DNA of 64,000 nucleotides from an uncultured Acidobacteriota bacterium (GCA_963700145.1 OY969474.1:1792001-1856000); one strand, 5' to 3'. Positions 8,361 through 21,055 are shown, counted from the first letter of the stretch. Notes: a model not told the origin generated them from the letters alone. Numbers and translations: made by a program.

Positions 8361-9345
8361 GGAGCGCTGAGGCGAATTCTTGGGGCTGGAAGTCCACCAG
8401 GTCGTCGGCCGACTCGCCGACCCCGAGGTAGAGGACGGGGAGCTTGAGCTCGCGCGCCACCGCCACCGCCATCCCGCCCTTCGCCGTGCCGTCGAGCTTG
8501 GCCAGGAGGATGCCGTCCACCTGCGCGACCTGGGTGAAGGTGCGGGCCTGGGCGATGGCGTTCTGGCCGGTCGTGGCGTCGAGCACCAGGAGCGTGCGCC
8601 GCTCCCAGTCGGCTGCCTCGCGCTCGATGACCCGGCGGATCTTCGAGAGCTCGGCCATCAGGTGGTCCTTGGTGTGGAGGCGGCCGGCGGTGTCGACGAG
8701 GAGGTGCGTGGCGCCGCGGGCGCGGGCGGCGTGGAGGGCGTCGTAGACCAGGGCCGCGGGGTCGGTGCCCGGCTGCGCCCGCACCACCTCGACCCCGAGG
8801 CGGTCGCCCCAGACGGCGAGCTGCTCGATGGCGGCGGCGCGGAAGGTGTCGGCGGCGGCGATCAGCACCCGCTCCCCCTGCCGCTGGAGGCGGCGGGCGA
8901 GCTTGGCGATCGAGGTCGTCTTGCCGACGCCGTTGATGCCGACGACGAGCGTCACCGTCGGCCTGCCGCTCGCCGCCGGCGGCCGCGGCGCCTCGGCGAG
9001 GAGGCGGCCCATCTCCTCGACCAGCTTGCCGCGCAGGATCGCGAAGTCGGCCGGCTCGTCGCGCCGCACCCCCTTGCGCAGCCGCTCCACCAGCTCGAGC
9101 GACGTCTCGACCCCGAGGTCGGCGGCGATCAGCGCCTCCTCGACCTGCTCGAGCGTCGCCTCGTCGAGCACGCGCTTGCCCTGTGCCGCGGCCGAGATCC
9201 GCTCGATGATCTCCGTGTGCGTCATGAAGAGCGCGCGGTTGAGCTTCGTCAGGAAGCCCGCGCGCGGCGCTTCGGCGGGCGCCTCCAGCTTCACCTCGTC
9301 GGCGAGCTCCAGGTACTCGCGCGCCGGCGTGCGCTCCTCGGCCAT
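8353..9345 (-). CDS. ftsY: Signal recognition particle receptor
   Basis: GINGVGKTT, DTFRAAA, DTAGR, KLDGTAKGG. Confidence 0.97.
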   Translation of the reverse strand: MAEERTPAREYLELADEVKLEAPAEAPRAGFLTKLNRALFMTHTEIIERISAAAQGKRVLDEATLEQVEEALIAADLGVETSLELVERLRKGVRRDEPADFAILRGKLVEEMGRLLAEAPRPPAASGRPTVTLVVGINGVGKTTSIAKLARRLQRQGERVLIAAADTFRAAAIEQLAVWGDRLGVEVVRAQPGTDPAALVYDALHAARARGATHLLVDTAGRLHTKDHLMAELSKIRRVIEREAADWERRTLLVLDATTGQNAIAQARTFTQVAQVDGILLAKLDGTAKGGMAVAVARELKLPVLYLGVGESADDLVDFQPQEFASALLG

Positions 9346-9375
9346 GGGGCGATGATAGCGGCTCGTCGAGCCGCC

Positions 9376-9738
9376 TCAGAAGATCTCTTGGCGGAGCTGC
9401 TCGGCGGCGTCCAGGAGACTGGCGCGGGCCTGGGCGACGAGGCCGGGCTGGTGCTGCACGAGGGCGAGGCAGTAGCCGTCGGGGAGGGGGATGGCGTAGA
9501 TGTGCGCCGCCTGCTGCGCGATGTGGATGAGGCGCGGCTCGCCGAGCTCGTAGCCGGCGAAGAGGCGGTCGAGCTGGCGCAGGTAGATGCCCAGGTAGGC
9601 GCCGAGGACGCGCAGCTCGTAGGGGGTGATGGCGGCGCAGGCATAGCCGACGGTCTCGCCGCCGGCGTCGAGGAAGAGCGCGCCGGCGGCGCGGTCGTTG
9701 CGGGCGAGGAGATCGTGGAGGACGGCGTCGAAGGGCAT
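9376..9738 (-). CDS. Roadblock/LC7-like small protein
   Basis: 120 aa; GALFLDAGGETV and an alpha/beta pattern typical of roadblock/MglB-like folds. Confidence 0.6.
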   Translation of the reverse strand: MPFDAVLHDLLARNDRAAGALFLDAGGETVGYACAAITPYELRVLGAYLGIYLRQLDRLFAGYELGEPRLIHIAQQAAHIYAIPLPDGYCLALVQHQPGLVAQARASLLDAAEQLRQEIF

Positions 9739-9780
9739 CGGGGTGGGCCGCGGCGGGGCGTCGCGGCGCGGGCGGGAAGT

Positions 9781-11535
9781 CTAGCTCGCCTTGGCCTCGA
9801 GGGGCTGCGGCGCGGCGGCCGGGCGCGGCGCCGCCATCCGCACCTCGCCGGCCTCGAAGGCGCGCAGGAAGGCGGTCACCACCTTGGCGTCGAAGCGGCT
9901 GCCGGTGAGCTTGGTGATCGTCTCGACCGCGAACTTCAGGCTGTAGGCCTGCTGGTAGGGGCGGTTGGTGGTGATGGCGTCGAAGCAGTCGGCCACCGCC
10001 ACGACGCGCGCGATGAGCGGGATCTGCTCCCCCTTGAGGCCGTCCGGGTAGCCGCGCCCGTTCCACGCCTCGTGGTGCCAGCGCACCGCCGGGATCACCT
10101 CGCGGAGCTGCTCGATGGGCGAGAGGATCTCCGCCCCCTTGAGGGTGTGCAGCTTCATCTGCTCGTACTCGTCGGGGCTGAGCACGCCGGCCTTGGTCAG
10201 GATGCGGTCCTCGACGCCGATCTTGCCGACGTCGTGGAGGAGAGCGCCGATCCACACCTTGTGCTGCAGCTCCTCGGCGAGGCCGAGGTGGCGGGCGATG
10301 GTGCGCGCCAGAGTCGCCACGCGCTCGGAGTGGCCGCGGGTGTAGGGGTCCTTGGCGTCGATCGCGGCGGCGAAGGCGCGCAGCGAGCCGATGAAGAGGT
10401 CGCGGTTGGCCTGCGCCGCGTCGCGGAGCTGCTGCACCTGGCTCGCCACCTGGCCGCTCATGCGGTTGAAGTTGGCGGCGAGGTCGGAGAGCTCGAAGGC
10501 GAGGCCGTGGCTCTCGACCCGGCCGCCGAAGCTGCCGGCGGCGATCTGGGAGCTGGTGTCGGCGAGGCGCTGGATCGGCTCCCCCACCCGGCGGGCGACC
10601 CAGTAGGCGAAGAGCAGCGCCAGGGCGACGAGCGGGACCGCGGCGACCGCGGCGTTGCCGAACATGCGGTCCACCAGCTCGAAGGCCTCGGAGACCGGCT
10701 TCTGCGCCACCACTCCCCAGCCGCTCGCCTCGACCGGGCTGACCTGCGCCAGCATCTCGGTGCGCTCGCCGCTGCGCTCGCCGCCGTACTGCGTCGTCAG
10801 GCTGAGCGGCATGGCGACGAAGGAGCGCACGACCTGCGAGGCGAGGAGCGCCCGCTCGGCCTCCCTGTCCGCGCCCTGCGACCAGAGCAGGCGGCCGTCG
10901 CGGTCGAGGAGGAAGACCTCGACGCCGCCGCTGGCCTCGCTGGCGACGAGCCCGTGGATCGGCCGCAGGGCGTAGACCGCTTCGGCCACCAGCCGCGGCC
11001 GGCCGTCGGCCCCGACCGCCGGCACCGCCAGCACGGCCGCCGGGCCCTCCGGCAGCTCGACGAAGCGGTAGACCGGAGCGGTGCCGCTGCGCGCCGTGGC
11101 GAAGGCGGCGTCGAGCGCGGCGAGGGCGGCGGGGCCGGCGTCCTGCGCGCTCGAGCGCGGCCCGGCGCCGTCGAGGTCGAGGAGGCGCAGGTCGAGCACC
11201 CCCGGCGTGTCGGCGACGAAGCGCTCGAGGCTCTCCCGCACCCAGGGCGCGCGCAGGCGCGCCGCGACGGGGCCGCCCGCGGACGGTGCGAGGACGCCGC
11301 CGCCGAGCTGCGCCAGCTGCCGCCGCAGGGCCTGGAGCTCGCCGTCGAGCTCGCGCGACAGGGCGAGCGCGGAGGTGACGAGCTGCTCGCGCTGCTCGTC
11401 GCGCAGGATCTGCCGGTTCTGCCGCACCAGGAGCCAGCTGCTGACCGCCAGCGGCAGGGTCCCGGCGAGCAGCAGGACCGCGAAGAGGACGTGGCGCAGC
11501 CGGGCGCGTGCGAGGAGATTCCGGGCGCTCAGCAT
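9781..11535 (-). CDS. Membrane HD-GYP cyclic di-nucleotide phosphodiesterase with extracytoplasmic sensor and HAMP domain
   Basis: Two TM segments, HAMP, DAKDPYTRGHS, LHDVGK, HHE.WNGRGYP. Confidence 0.92.
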   Translation of the reverse strand: MLSARNLLARARLRHVLFAVLLLAGTLPLAVSSWLLVRQNRQILRDEQREQLVTSALALSRELDGELQALRRQLAQLGGGVLAPSAGGPVAARLRAPWVRESLERFVADTPGVLDLRLLDLDGAGPRSSAQDAGPAALAALDAAFATARSGTAPVYRFVELPEGPAAVLAVPAVGADGRPRLVAEAVYALRPIHGLVASEASGGVEVFLLDRDGRLLWSQGADREAERALLASQVVRSFVAMPLSLTTQYGGERSGERTEMLAQVSPVEASGWGVVAQKPVSEAFELVDRMFGNAAVAAVPLVALALLFAYWVARRVGEPIQRLADTSSQIAAGSFGGRVESHGLAFELSDLAANFNRMSGQVASQVQQLRDAAQANRDLFIGSLRAFAAAIDAKDPYTRGHSERVATLARTIARHLGLAEELQHKVWIGALLHDVGKIGVEDRILTKAGVLSPDEYEQMKLHTLKGAEILSPIEQLREVIPAVRWHHEAWNGRGYPDGLKGEQIPLIARVVAVADCFDAITTNRPYQQAYSLKFAVETITKLTGSRFDAKVVTAFLRAFEAGEVRMAAPRPAAAPQPLEAKAS

Positions 11536-11617
11536 CGGCTACGGCGGGGTGAGGGCACTGCGTGGGCTCGCTGTAAGTCTTTCCACCATTATATCTGATC
11601 GCTCCCGATGAAACGTT

Positions 11618-12760
11618 TCACAACGGGGCGAAGGGATCGGCGAGGAACGGAACGAGGGCGTCCCGGACCTCCTCCGGCGGCACCCCGGCGACGACCCGCC
11701 CGCTCCCGAGGGCGGCCGGCAGCACCCACGCGAGGCCGTCCTCGCGCGCCTTCTTGTCGCGGGCCAGGAGCGGCAGGAGGACGTCGGGGTCGAGCGGCGG
11801 CAGCGGCGGCAGGTCGAGGCGGGCGAGGAGGGCGCGGGTGCGGGCGGCGGCCTCGGCGGAGAGCGGCGGGACGCCCGCGGCGCCGTCAAGACGCTCGGCC
11901 AACCGCAGGGCGAAGAGGATGCCGTAGGCGACGGCCTCGCCGTGCCGCAGCCCGGTGTAGCCGAGCGCGGCCTCGATCGCATGGCCGAGGGTGTGGCCGT
12001 AGTTGAGGAGGCGGCGCTCGTCGCGCTCCGCCGGGTCGCGCTCGACAACGCCGATCTTGGCCGCCGCGGCCCGCGCCACGACCGGCGCCAGCGCCGCGGG
12101 GTCGCCGGCGAGGAGGCGGTCGAGGTCGGCCTCGACGGCGGCGAAGAGGCCGGCGTCGAGGAGCGCCCCCATCTTGACGACTTCGACCAGCCCGGAGCGC
12201 AGCTCGCCGCGCGGCAGGGTGGCGAGGACGTCGGTGTCGGCCAGGACGAAATCGGGGTGGTGGAAGAGGCCAACCGTGTTCTTGCCGTCGGGGAGGTCGA
12301 CGCCGGTCTTGCCGCCGAGCGCGGCGTCCACCTGGGCGAGGAGGGTGGTGGGGAGCTGCGCGTAGGCGATGCCGCGCAGGAAGCACCCCGCGACGAAGCC
12401 GCCGAGGTCGCCGGCGCTGCCGCCGCCGAAGGCGAGCAGCCGGCTGTCCCGCTTGCCGCCGGCGGCGAGCATCTCGCCCCACAGCCGTTCTGCCGCGGCG
12501 GCGGTCTTGGCGGCCTCGCCCTCCTCGGCGGTGAGCACGACCCAGCGGCCGGCGGCGCGCTGGAGCGGCTCGAGCCGCTCGCCATGGAGGTCGAGGACGC
12601 GGGGCGTCGAGAGGAGGAAGACGGTACGGCCGGTGAGCCAGGGAGTAAGCTCCGCCGCCCCCTCTTCCAGCGCCCCGGACCCCACCAGGACCGGCGTCTC
12701 CCCCGCCGGATGGCGGAGCGTCAGGCGATGGAAGGGACTCTCGGCGGCGGGAAGGTGCAC
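11618..12760 (-). CDS. aroB: 3-dehydroquinate synthase
   Basis: GGG..GDL.GF, PTTLLAQVDA, GGKTG, LNYGHTLGHAIE, HGEAV. Confidence 0.96.
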   Translation of the reverse strand: MHLPAAESPFHRLTLRHPAGETPVLVGSGALEEGAAELTPWLTGRTVFLLSTPRVLDLHGERLEPLQRAAGRWVVLTAEEGEAAKTAAAAERLWGEMLAAGGKRDSRLLAFGGGSAGDLGGFVAGCFLRGIAYAQLPTTLLAQVDAALGGKTGVDLPDGKNTVGLFHHPDFVLADTDVLATLPRGELRSGLVEVVKMGALLDAGLFAAVEADLDRLLAGDPAALAPVVARAAAAKIGVVERDPAERDERRLLNYGHTLGHAIEAALGYTGLRHGEAVAYGILFALRLAERLDGAAGVPPLSAEAAARTRALLARLDLPPLPPLDPDVLLPLLARDKKAREDGLAWVLPAALGSGRVVAGVPPEEVRDALVPFLADPFAPL

Positions 12761-12773
12761 GTGGGAGAGCAGT

Positions 12774-14207
12774 CTACTCCCGCGTTCCGGTGGGCTCGGA
12801 GAGGTCGAGGGCTTGCGCGGCGAAGGCGCGCCAGCGGGTGCGGAGGGAAGCGGCGCGATCGGCGGGCCAGGCGGGGTCGCGGCGGAGGCGGGCGGGCGGC
12901 GCGGCAGCTAGGTCGATGTCGATCCCGGAGGCGGCCGCCGCGAGGCGGGCGGCGCCGAGGAGGCCCGTCTCCTCCTGCTCCGCCACCTCGACCGCGACCT
13001 GCCCGGCGTCCGCCAGCAGGCCCACCAGCCCCGCGAGCCGCGCCAGCTTCCCCGAGACCCGCAGCACCGCCGGCGCGAGCCCCGCCTCGCGCAGCGCCTC
13101 GACGCAGTCGAGGACACGCATCGCGACGCCGGCGAGCACGCCGCCCACCAGCTCCTCCCCGGTCGTCGCGAGCCCCAGACCGGCCGCCACTCCGGAGGCT
13201 TCGGCCCGCCACCAGGGCGCGCCGGCGCCCGCCAGCGCCGGCAGCACCCACGGCAGCCGCTCCGGCTCCAGCTCGCGCTCGGCCCAGGCGGCGAGCGGCA
13301 CGCCGGCGAGACGGCAGGCCCAGTCCACCGCGCTGCCGGCGCTGTTGACCGTGCCTTCGAGCTGGAAGCGGCGCCCGTTGGCCGTGGACGCCAGCACCGC
13401 CGAGAGCAGCGCCGGGTGCCGCCGCACGGCGCCGCCGGTGGACGCCAGCACGAACGCCCCCGTCCCGAAGTGCGCTGCGGCCACGCCCTCCGCCCAGCCG
13501 CCGTGCCCCAGGAGCGCCGCCTGCTGGTCGCCGAGCACGGCGCGGAGCGGCACGCCGTCCGCCTCGCCCCAGTCGCCGGCGCTCGGCCGCAGCGCCGGCA
13601 GCGCCGCCTCCGGCACGCCCCAGAGGGCGCACAGCTCCGGCGACCAGCGGTCGGCTTCCAGGTCGTAGAGGAGGGTGCGCCCGGCGTGCCCAGGCTCGGT
13701 GGCCGCCGTCCCGGTCAGCCGCCCGACCAGCCAGGCGTCGAGCGTGCCGGCCATGAGCTCGCCGGGGCGCGCCCGCTCCATCCCGTCCGGCAGCGCCGCC
13801 AGCAGCCCGGCGAGCTTGGGCGCGGCGTAGTGCGGCGAGAGCCGCAGCCCGGTGCGGCGCGCGATCTCCTCCGCGTGCACCGCCATCCCGCGCACCCGCT
13901 CGGCCTCCCGCCGGTCCTGCCACGACACCGCCGGGGTGAGCGGCCGCCCGCTCGCCCGCTCCCAGACCAGGCAGGTCGAGCGCTGGCAGGCGAGCCCGAG
14001 CGCCGCCGGCTCCCCGTGCCGCCGGAGCTCACCCAGCAGCTCGCGCACGCTCGCCAGGAGCGCCTCGGGGTCGTGCTCGACCCGGGCCCCCTTGACGCGC
14101 CGCGCGACCGCCACCGCGGCCGTCGTCAGTTCCCGCCCGTCCGACGCGAAGAGCGCCCCTTTGGTGGCGGTCGAGCCCTGGTCGATGGCGGCGACGAAAG
14201 CGGTCAC
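12774..14207 (-). CDS. FGGY-family carbohydrate kinase (glycerol kinase-like)
   Basis: IDQGST, CQRST, WQDRR, GDQQAAL, FGTGAF. Confidence 0.88.
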   Translation of the reverse strand: MTAFVAAIDQGSTATKGALFASDGRELTTAAVAVARRVKGARVEHDPEALLASVRELLGELRRHGEPAALGLACQRSTCLVWERASGRPLTPAVSWQDRREAERVRGMAVHAEEIARRTGLRLSPHYAAPKLAGLLAALPDGMERARPGELMAGTLDAWLVGRLTGTAATEPGHAGRTLLYDLEADRWSPELCALWGVPEAALPALRPSAGDWGEADGVPLRAVLGDQQAALLGHGGWAEGVAAAHFGTGAFVLASTGGAVRRHPALLSAVLASTANGRRFQLEGTVNSAGSAVDWACRLAGVPLAAWAERELEPERLPWVLPALAGAGAPWWRAEASGVAAGLGLATTGEELVGGVLAGVAMRVLDCVEALREAGLAPAVLRVSGKLARLAGLVGLLADAGQVAVEVAEQEETGLLGAARLAAAASGIDIDLAAAPPARLRRDPAWPADRAASLRTRWRAFAAQALDLSEPTGTRE

Positions 14208-14328
14208 GGTGAGGCCGCGATCCTATGTGCCGCGGCCCCCGCAAGCGGGTTCACGCTAGAATCCGTCGGTTTCGGCCTCATCGCCCGCTCGCCGGGCGTC
14301 CCTCTTCCCGTCCACGGAGAACCCGCTT

Positions 14329-16257
14329 TTGGCCCGCAAGATGCTGATCAACGCGCAGCGCCCCGAGGAGCTGCGCGTCGCCATCGTTTCCGGCTCCCAC
14401 CTCGAGAGCTACCAGGTCGAGGTCGCCACGTCGGGGCTCACCCGCGGCAACATCTACCGCGGCCTCATCGCCAACGTCCAGCCTTCCTTGAACGCCGCCT
14501 TCATCGACTACGGCGGCGACCGCCACGGCTTCCTGGCCATCCAGGACGTCGTCCCAGAGGCCTACTACCACTCGCCGCGCGGCGGCGGCAAAGCGCGCAT
14601 CGAGGAGGTGCTCGAGAAAGGCAAGCCGATCGTCGTCCAGGTGACGCGCGAGGCCGAGGGGGGGAAGGGCGGGGCGCTCACCACCAACCTCTCCCTCGCC
14701 GGCCGCTACCTCGTCCTCACCCCCTTCGACGACACCCGCGGCGTCTCGCGCAAGGTCGAGGACGAGGACGCCCGGCGCCAGCTCAAGGAGCTGGCCGGGA
14801 AGCTCGACCTCCCCGCCGGCTGCGGCGTGATCCTGCGCACCAACGCCCTCGCCCAGACCAAGGCGACGCTCGGGCGCGACCTCGCCGCCCTGCTGCGCAT
14901 CTGGAAGCGGGTGCAGGCCGAGGCGCGAGAAGGCAAGGGAACGCGCCTCCTCTACAGCGACCAGGGGCTGATCCTGCAGGCGCTGCGCGATCACCTCGAC
15001 AGCTCGATCGACGAGGTGCTGGTGGACGACGACGACGCCCACGAGGAGGCGCTCGCCTACCTGCAAGGGTTCGCGCCGCGCACCCGCACCCGCCTCCAGC
15101 GCTACACCGAGCGGGTGCCGCTCTTCTCGCGCTACGGCGTCGAGCCGCAGATCGACCGCATCTACGACCGCACGGTGCAGCTCCCGGGCGGCGGCTCGAT
15201 CGTCATCGACCGCACCGAGGCGCTGACCGCGATCGACGTCAACTCCGGCCGCGGCTCGCGCGGCGCCACGCAGGAGGACACGGCCCTCCAGACCAACCTG
15301 GAGGCCGCCCGAGAGGTGGCGCGCCAGCTCCGGCTGCGCGACCTCGGCGGCCTGATCGTCGTCGACTTCATCGACATGCGCAGCGCCAAGTACCAGCGCA
15401 GCGTCGAGAAGGAGCTCAAGGAGGCGATGAAGGCCGACCGGGCGCGCTCGACGGTCGGCCGGCTGAGCCCCAACGGCCTGCTCGAGATCAACCGCCAGCG
15501 CGTCCAGCAGGCGCTGCAGATGCGCACCCACCGCCCCTGCCCCACCTGCGCCGGCACCGGCCGGATCGCCAGCCCGGAGATGGTGGGGCTCAACCTGCTG
15601 CGCCGGGTCGAGGAGCGGGCGGCGGCCGGCGCGGTCGGCGGCGTGCGGATTTCTCTCCACCCCGAGCTCGCCGACGCCTTCCAGAACAGCCGCCGGCGCG
15701 AGATCGCCGAGCTCGAGGAGGAGTTCGGGATCCACGTCGAGGTGATCGCCTCGCCGCGCCTCCACCGGCCCCAGGAAGAGATCGAGTGGCTGCCGCGCGA
15801 CGCCTCGGCGCCGCCGCCGAAGCCGCGGGCGCTGCGCCCGGCGGTGACGGCGGCGGAGCTGGCCGAGCCGGAGCCGGAGGCGGCCGTTGGGCCGGCGGCG
15901 GACGAAACGGGCGAAGGGGAGAACGGCGAGACCGCGGCAGAGCGCGAGAAACGCGGGCGGAAGCGCCGGCGCGGCGGGCGGGGGCGGAAGAAGAAAGAGC
16001 AGGTGGAGGAAACCAGAGAGACGGCCGCCGCGCCGCAAGCCGACGCGGAGGCCGCGGCGGCCGAGCCCGGCGGCGACGAGGCGCCCGAAACGGCCGAGCC
16101 CGGCCGTCCGAAGCGCCGCCGCGGCCGCCGCGGCGGCCGGGGACGCCGGAAGGGGAACGGCGCGCAGCCGGCGCAGGAGGGGGACGAGGCGCCGGCCGCT
16201 CCTGCCGAAGAGGCCCTTCTACCGGTTCATGTTCATTCCGAGCAGAGCGAGGACTGA
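14329..16257 (+). CDS. rne: Ribonuclease E/G family
   Basis: GNIYRG, AAFIDYG, IDVNSG, LRLRDLGGLIVVDFIDM, CPTC; Arg-rich tail; TTG start. Confidence 0.93.
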   Translation: MARKMLINAQRPEELRVAIVSGSHLESYQVEVATSGLTRGNIYRGLIANVQPSLNAAFIDYGGDRHGFLAIQDVVPEAYYHSPRGGGKARIEEVLEKGKPIVVQVTREAEGGKGGALTTNLSLAGRYLVLTPFDDTRGVSRKVEDEDARRQLKELAGKLDLPAGCGVILRTNALAQTKATLGRDLAALLRIWKRVQAEAREGKGTRLLYSDQGLILQALRDHLDSSIDEVLVDDDDAHEEALAYLQGFAPRTRTRLQRYTERVPLFSRYGVEPQIDRIYDRTVQLPGGGSIVIDRTEALTAIDVNSGRGSRGATQEDTALQTNLEAAREVARQLRLRDLGGLIVVDFIDMRSAKYQRSVEKELKEAMKADRARSTVGRLSPNGLLEINRQRVQQALQMRTHRPCPTCAGTGRIASPEMVGLNLLRRVEERAAAGAVGGVRISLHPELADAFQNSRRREIAELEEEFGIHVEVIASPRLHRPQEEIEWLPRDASAPPPKPRALRPAVTAAELAEPEPEAAVGPAADETGEGENGETAAEREKRGRKRRRGGRGRKKKEQVEETRETAAAPQADAEAAAAEPGGDEAPETAEPGRPKRRRGRRGGRGRRKGNGAQPAQEGDEAPAAPAEEALLPVHVHSEQSED

Positions 16258-16260
16258 GCC

Positions 16261-16797
16261 ATGCCCCACCGCTTCCCGCAGGAGGCCTTTCTGCGCGACG
16301 GCCGCCGCCTGCTGATCCGCCCCTTCGGCGCCAACGACGTCGACGCCCTCTACGACCTCTTCCAGCGCCTGCCGCTCGAGGTGCGCCGCTTCGCCTGGGA
16401 CAAGCTCGACCACCGCGCGCTGGTCGAGGAGTGGGGCCGCGAGCTCGACTACGCGAGGGTCTTCCCGCTGCTGGCCCTGGACGGCGCCAAGGTGGTGGCC
16501 GACGCCACGCTCCACCGCCGCGACGGCAGCCCGCTGCGTCTGGTCGGCCGGATCAAGTGGCTGATCGACCCCGCCTACCGCGGCGCCGGCCTCGGCACCG
16601 TGCTGGTCAACAACTTCATCTCGATGGCGCGCGACAACGGCCTGCGCCACCTCACCTGCATGCTGGTCTCCGACTTCGAGGCCGACGCCGTCGAGACCCT
16701 CCGCGGCCTCGGCTTCACCGGCCACACCATCCCCGGGTACGGCACCGACCCCGACGGCAACCAGCACGACATGATCAAGATGGTGCTCAAGCTGTAG
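16261..16797 (+). CDS. GNAT N-acetyltransferase
   Basis: LRDGRRLLIRP, IDPAYRGAGLG acetyl-CoA motif. Confidence 0.85.
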   Translation: MPHRFPQEAFLRDGRRLLIRPFGANDVDALYDLFQRLPLEVRRFAWDKLDHRALVEEWGRELDYARVFPLLALDGAKVVADATLHRRDGSPLRLVGRIKWLIDPAYRGAGLGTVLVNNFISMARDNGLRHLTCMLVSDFEADAVETLRGLGFTGHTIPGYGTDPDGNQHDMIKMVLKL

Positions 16798-16806
16798 CGG
16801 GACCCT

Positions 16807-18879
16807 TCAACGCGGCAGCCGCGGCACCTCGGTGCCGTAGACGTAGCGCTCGAACCAGGGTTGCCAGTCGCCGCCGGTGAGCTCGTCGAGAGTGGCGACC
16901 AGGCCGGCCGTCGTGCCCCAGCCGAGGTGGTTGCGCTTGAGGAAGGTGCGCAGCAGAGCGATGAAGTGGCGGTCGCCCTCGGCGGCGCTCCCCTTCTGGC
17001 GCTGCAGCTCCAGCCGCAGCGCGTGGACGACCAGCGGCCCCTTGGCGTAGTGGAGGCGCAGGAGGTCGTCGAAGCTGCGCTCATCGTCCATGGACAACCG
17101 CGAGGAGAGGTAAAGGCTGGCGCCCGGGCCGAGCTCGGCCGCGGCCTGCACCCACTGCCTGACGATCCCCTCGAAGGCCTGGCCGCCGCCGCGCTCCTCG
17201 CCGCGCAGCCGCCAGAGCGCCAGCGCCGCCGTGTAGTCCGAGAAGGCCTCGATCAGCCAGGCCTCCTCGAAGGCGTCCATCTTGACCACGTGCCCCCACC
17301 AGCCGTGGGCGATCTCGTGGAGGAACCGCTCCTCGAGCCCCTGGAAGAAGACGCGCGTCCGCCGCTCGACCGGCGCGGTGTAGAACTCGCGGGTCAGGAA
17401 GAGGATCCCCGGAGGCGCCTGGCCGAAGCCCCAGGAGTTGATCTCGACGATCGAGAAGTTGCGGAAGGGGTAGGGGACGTCGAAGAGCTCCTCGAAGAGA
17501 CGGCGGGCGGGGAAGAACTGCGCGATCAGCTCGCGCGCCGCCTTCTCCTTGAGCAGGGCGTAGGTCGCGGCGCGGCAGGTGACGTCGTCCTGCGTCTCCT
17601 CGATCACCTTGTACTTCCCGGCGGTGACGACCGCGAACTGCATCGGTTGCTCCAGGCGGGTGACCAGCCGGCGGCGGCCTCCGGCCGTCGTGCGCGAGAC
17701 CTCCGCGCCCGAGGCGAACGGCGTCAGCGCCTCGGGAACGTCCACCTCGATCTCCATCGTCGCCCGCTCCCCCGCCAGCTCCTGGCGCGGGTACCAGGGC
17801 CAGGTGCCGAGGAGCCAGTAGGAGTGTCCGGACGGCCGCTGCGCGAGCTGGCCTTCGAGGGCGACCTCCACCTCGACCGCGTCGCCGAGGGCGAGCGTGC
17901 GGCCGAGCGCCACCACCAGCTCGCCGTCGTCGTGGAGGAACTCGGCGGCGCGGCCGTCGACCTGGACGCCGCGCACCGTCACCGGCCGCTGCCGGCCGAG
18001 CGGGTCGTCGAAGGCGCGATCGACGAGCTGCGCCTGCCAGACCGCGACGCCGGCGTGGTTGGCCCGCAGGCGCGAGCGGCTGGCGACGCGGATCTGCTCG
18101 CCGGCGGGGTTCTCGACCCGCAGCGCTTCGTGCTCCGCCGTCAGCTCGGCGGGCGGCCGCACCCACCAGGGGCGGCCGATCGGTTGCGCGGCGAGGGGAG
18201 CGGCCCGCACGCCTTCGCGAAAGGTCGTGCCGGGGTCCGTGACGCGCGCCAGCCGGTAGAGGTTCTCCTCGCCCGCGGCGGGATCGACGTGCAGCAAGAG
18301 ATTCTCCCGCCGGCCGAAGAGGAGCGCGTAGCGGAGGTCGGCGTTGCCGTTCGCCTCGGCGGCCAGGAGGTCGTGCGAGGGCGGGGTGAAGCGGCGCGCG
18401 GCGAGGAGCTTCGCCGCCCACGCGGGCAGGGCGCCGGGCGCCCCGGGCGCCGGCATCGCAGCGGCCTCGCCGGGCGGGGCCAAGCCCCATCCCCAGACCA
18501 CCGCCCCGGTCAGCTCCTCGTTGACCTCGAGTCCGGCTTCCGACCGCGCCGGGGCGAGGGCCGAGACCCGCTTCAAGTTGCGCTCCGCCACCGGCACCGA
18601 GAAGCGGTCCTCGACGCGGTAGCGGAACCGGGCGGGGCCGTCGACGAGCAGGCCGCAGGGAACCCCTTGCGCGAAGAGCGGATGGACGCGGGCCCCCGGC
18701 GCGACGGCGATCTCGCCGCGGCCGACGGCGAGGGGAGCGGCGAGCGCGATCGGGGCGCCGACCCGCGGCCCGTCGATCGCCGCCGCGCGGTCGGCGAGCG
18801 GGCCGCCGCGGCCGGGCGCCGCCCCGGCGAGCGCCAGGGCCCCGCCGAGCACGGCACGTTTCCACGGCGCGGCCCTCAC
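16807..18879 (-). CDS. Secreted M1-family (gluzincin) aminopeptidase
   Basis: Signal-peptide-like start from GTG 18879; HEIAH..WW plus downstream E (WLIEAF); YAKG. Confidence 0.85.
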   Translation of the reverse strand: MRAAPWKRAVLGGALALAGAAPGRGGPLADRAAAIDGPRVGAPIALAAPLAVGRGEIAVAPGARVHPLFAQGVPCGLLVDGPARFRYRVEDRFSVPVAERNLKRVSALAPARSEAGLEVNEELTGAVVWGWGLAPPGEAAAMPAPGAPGALPAWAAKLLAARRFTPPSHDLLAAEANGNADLRYALLFGRRENLLLHVDPAAGEENLYRLARVTDPGTTFREGVRAAPLAAQPIGRPWWVRPPAELTAEHEALRVENPAGEQIRVASRSRLRANHAGVAVWQAQLVDRAFDDPLGRQRPVTVRGVQVDGRAAEFLHDDGELVVALGRTLALGDAVEVEVALEGQLAQRPSGHSYWLLGTWPWYPRQELAGERATMEIEVDVPEALTPFASGAEVSRTTAGGRRRLVTRLEQPMQFAVVTAGKYKVIEETQDDVTCRAATYALLKEKAARELIAQFFPARRLFEELFDVPYPFRNFSIVEINSWGFGQAPPGILFLTREFYTAPVERRTRVFFQGLEERFLHEIAHGWWGHVVKMDAFEEAWLIEAFSDYTAALALWRLRGEERGGGQAFEGIVRQWVQAAAELGPGASLYLSSRLSMDDERSFDDLLRLHYAKGPLVVHALRLELQRQKGSAAEGDRHFIALLRTFLKRNHLGWGTTAGLVATLDELTGGDWQPWFERYVYGTEVPRLPR

Positions 18880-18886
18880 CCTCCGA

Positions 18887-20992
<2,106 letters not shown>

Positions 20993-21055
20993 CGGCCGAG
21001 CGTATCGCGGGGCGCGGTTTCGGCTGCGGGGGGCGGCTGTGTCTATAGTGGTGCG

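Noticed and set aside
8380-11598. Very long alternative ORFs (1072 aa here; also 13416-16880, 24489-27803, 28506-31751, 28517-31882)
   Set aside because: Antisense or off-frame shadows of recognisable genes, expected in high-GC DNA with few stop codons.
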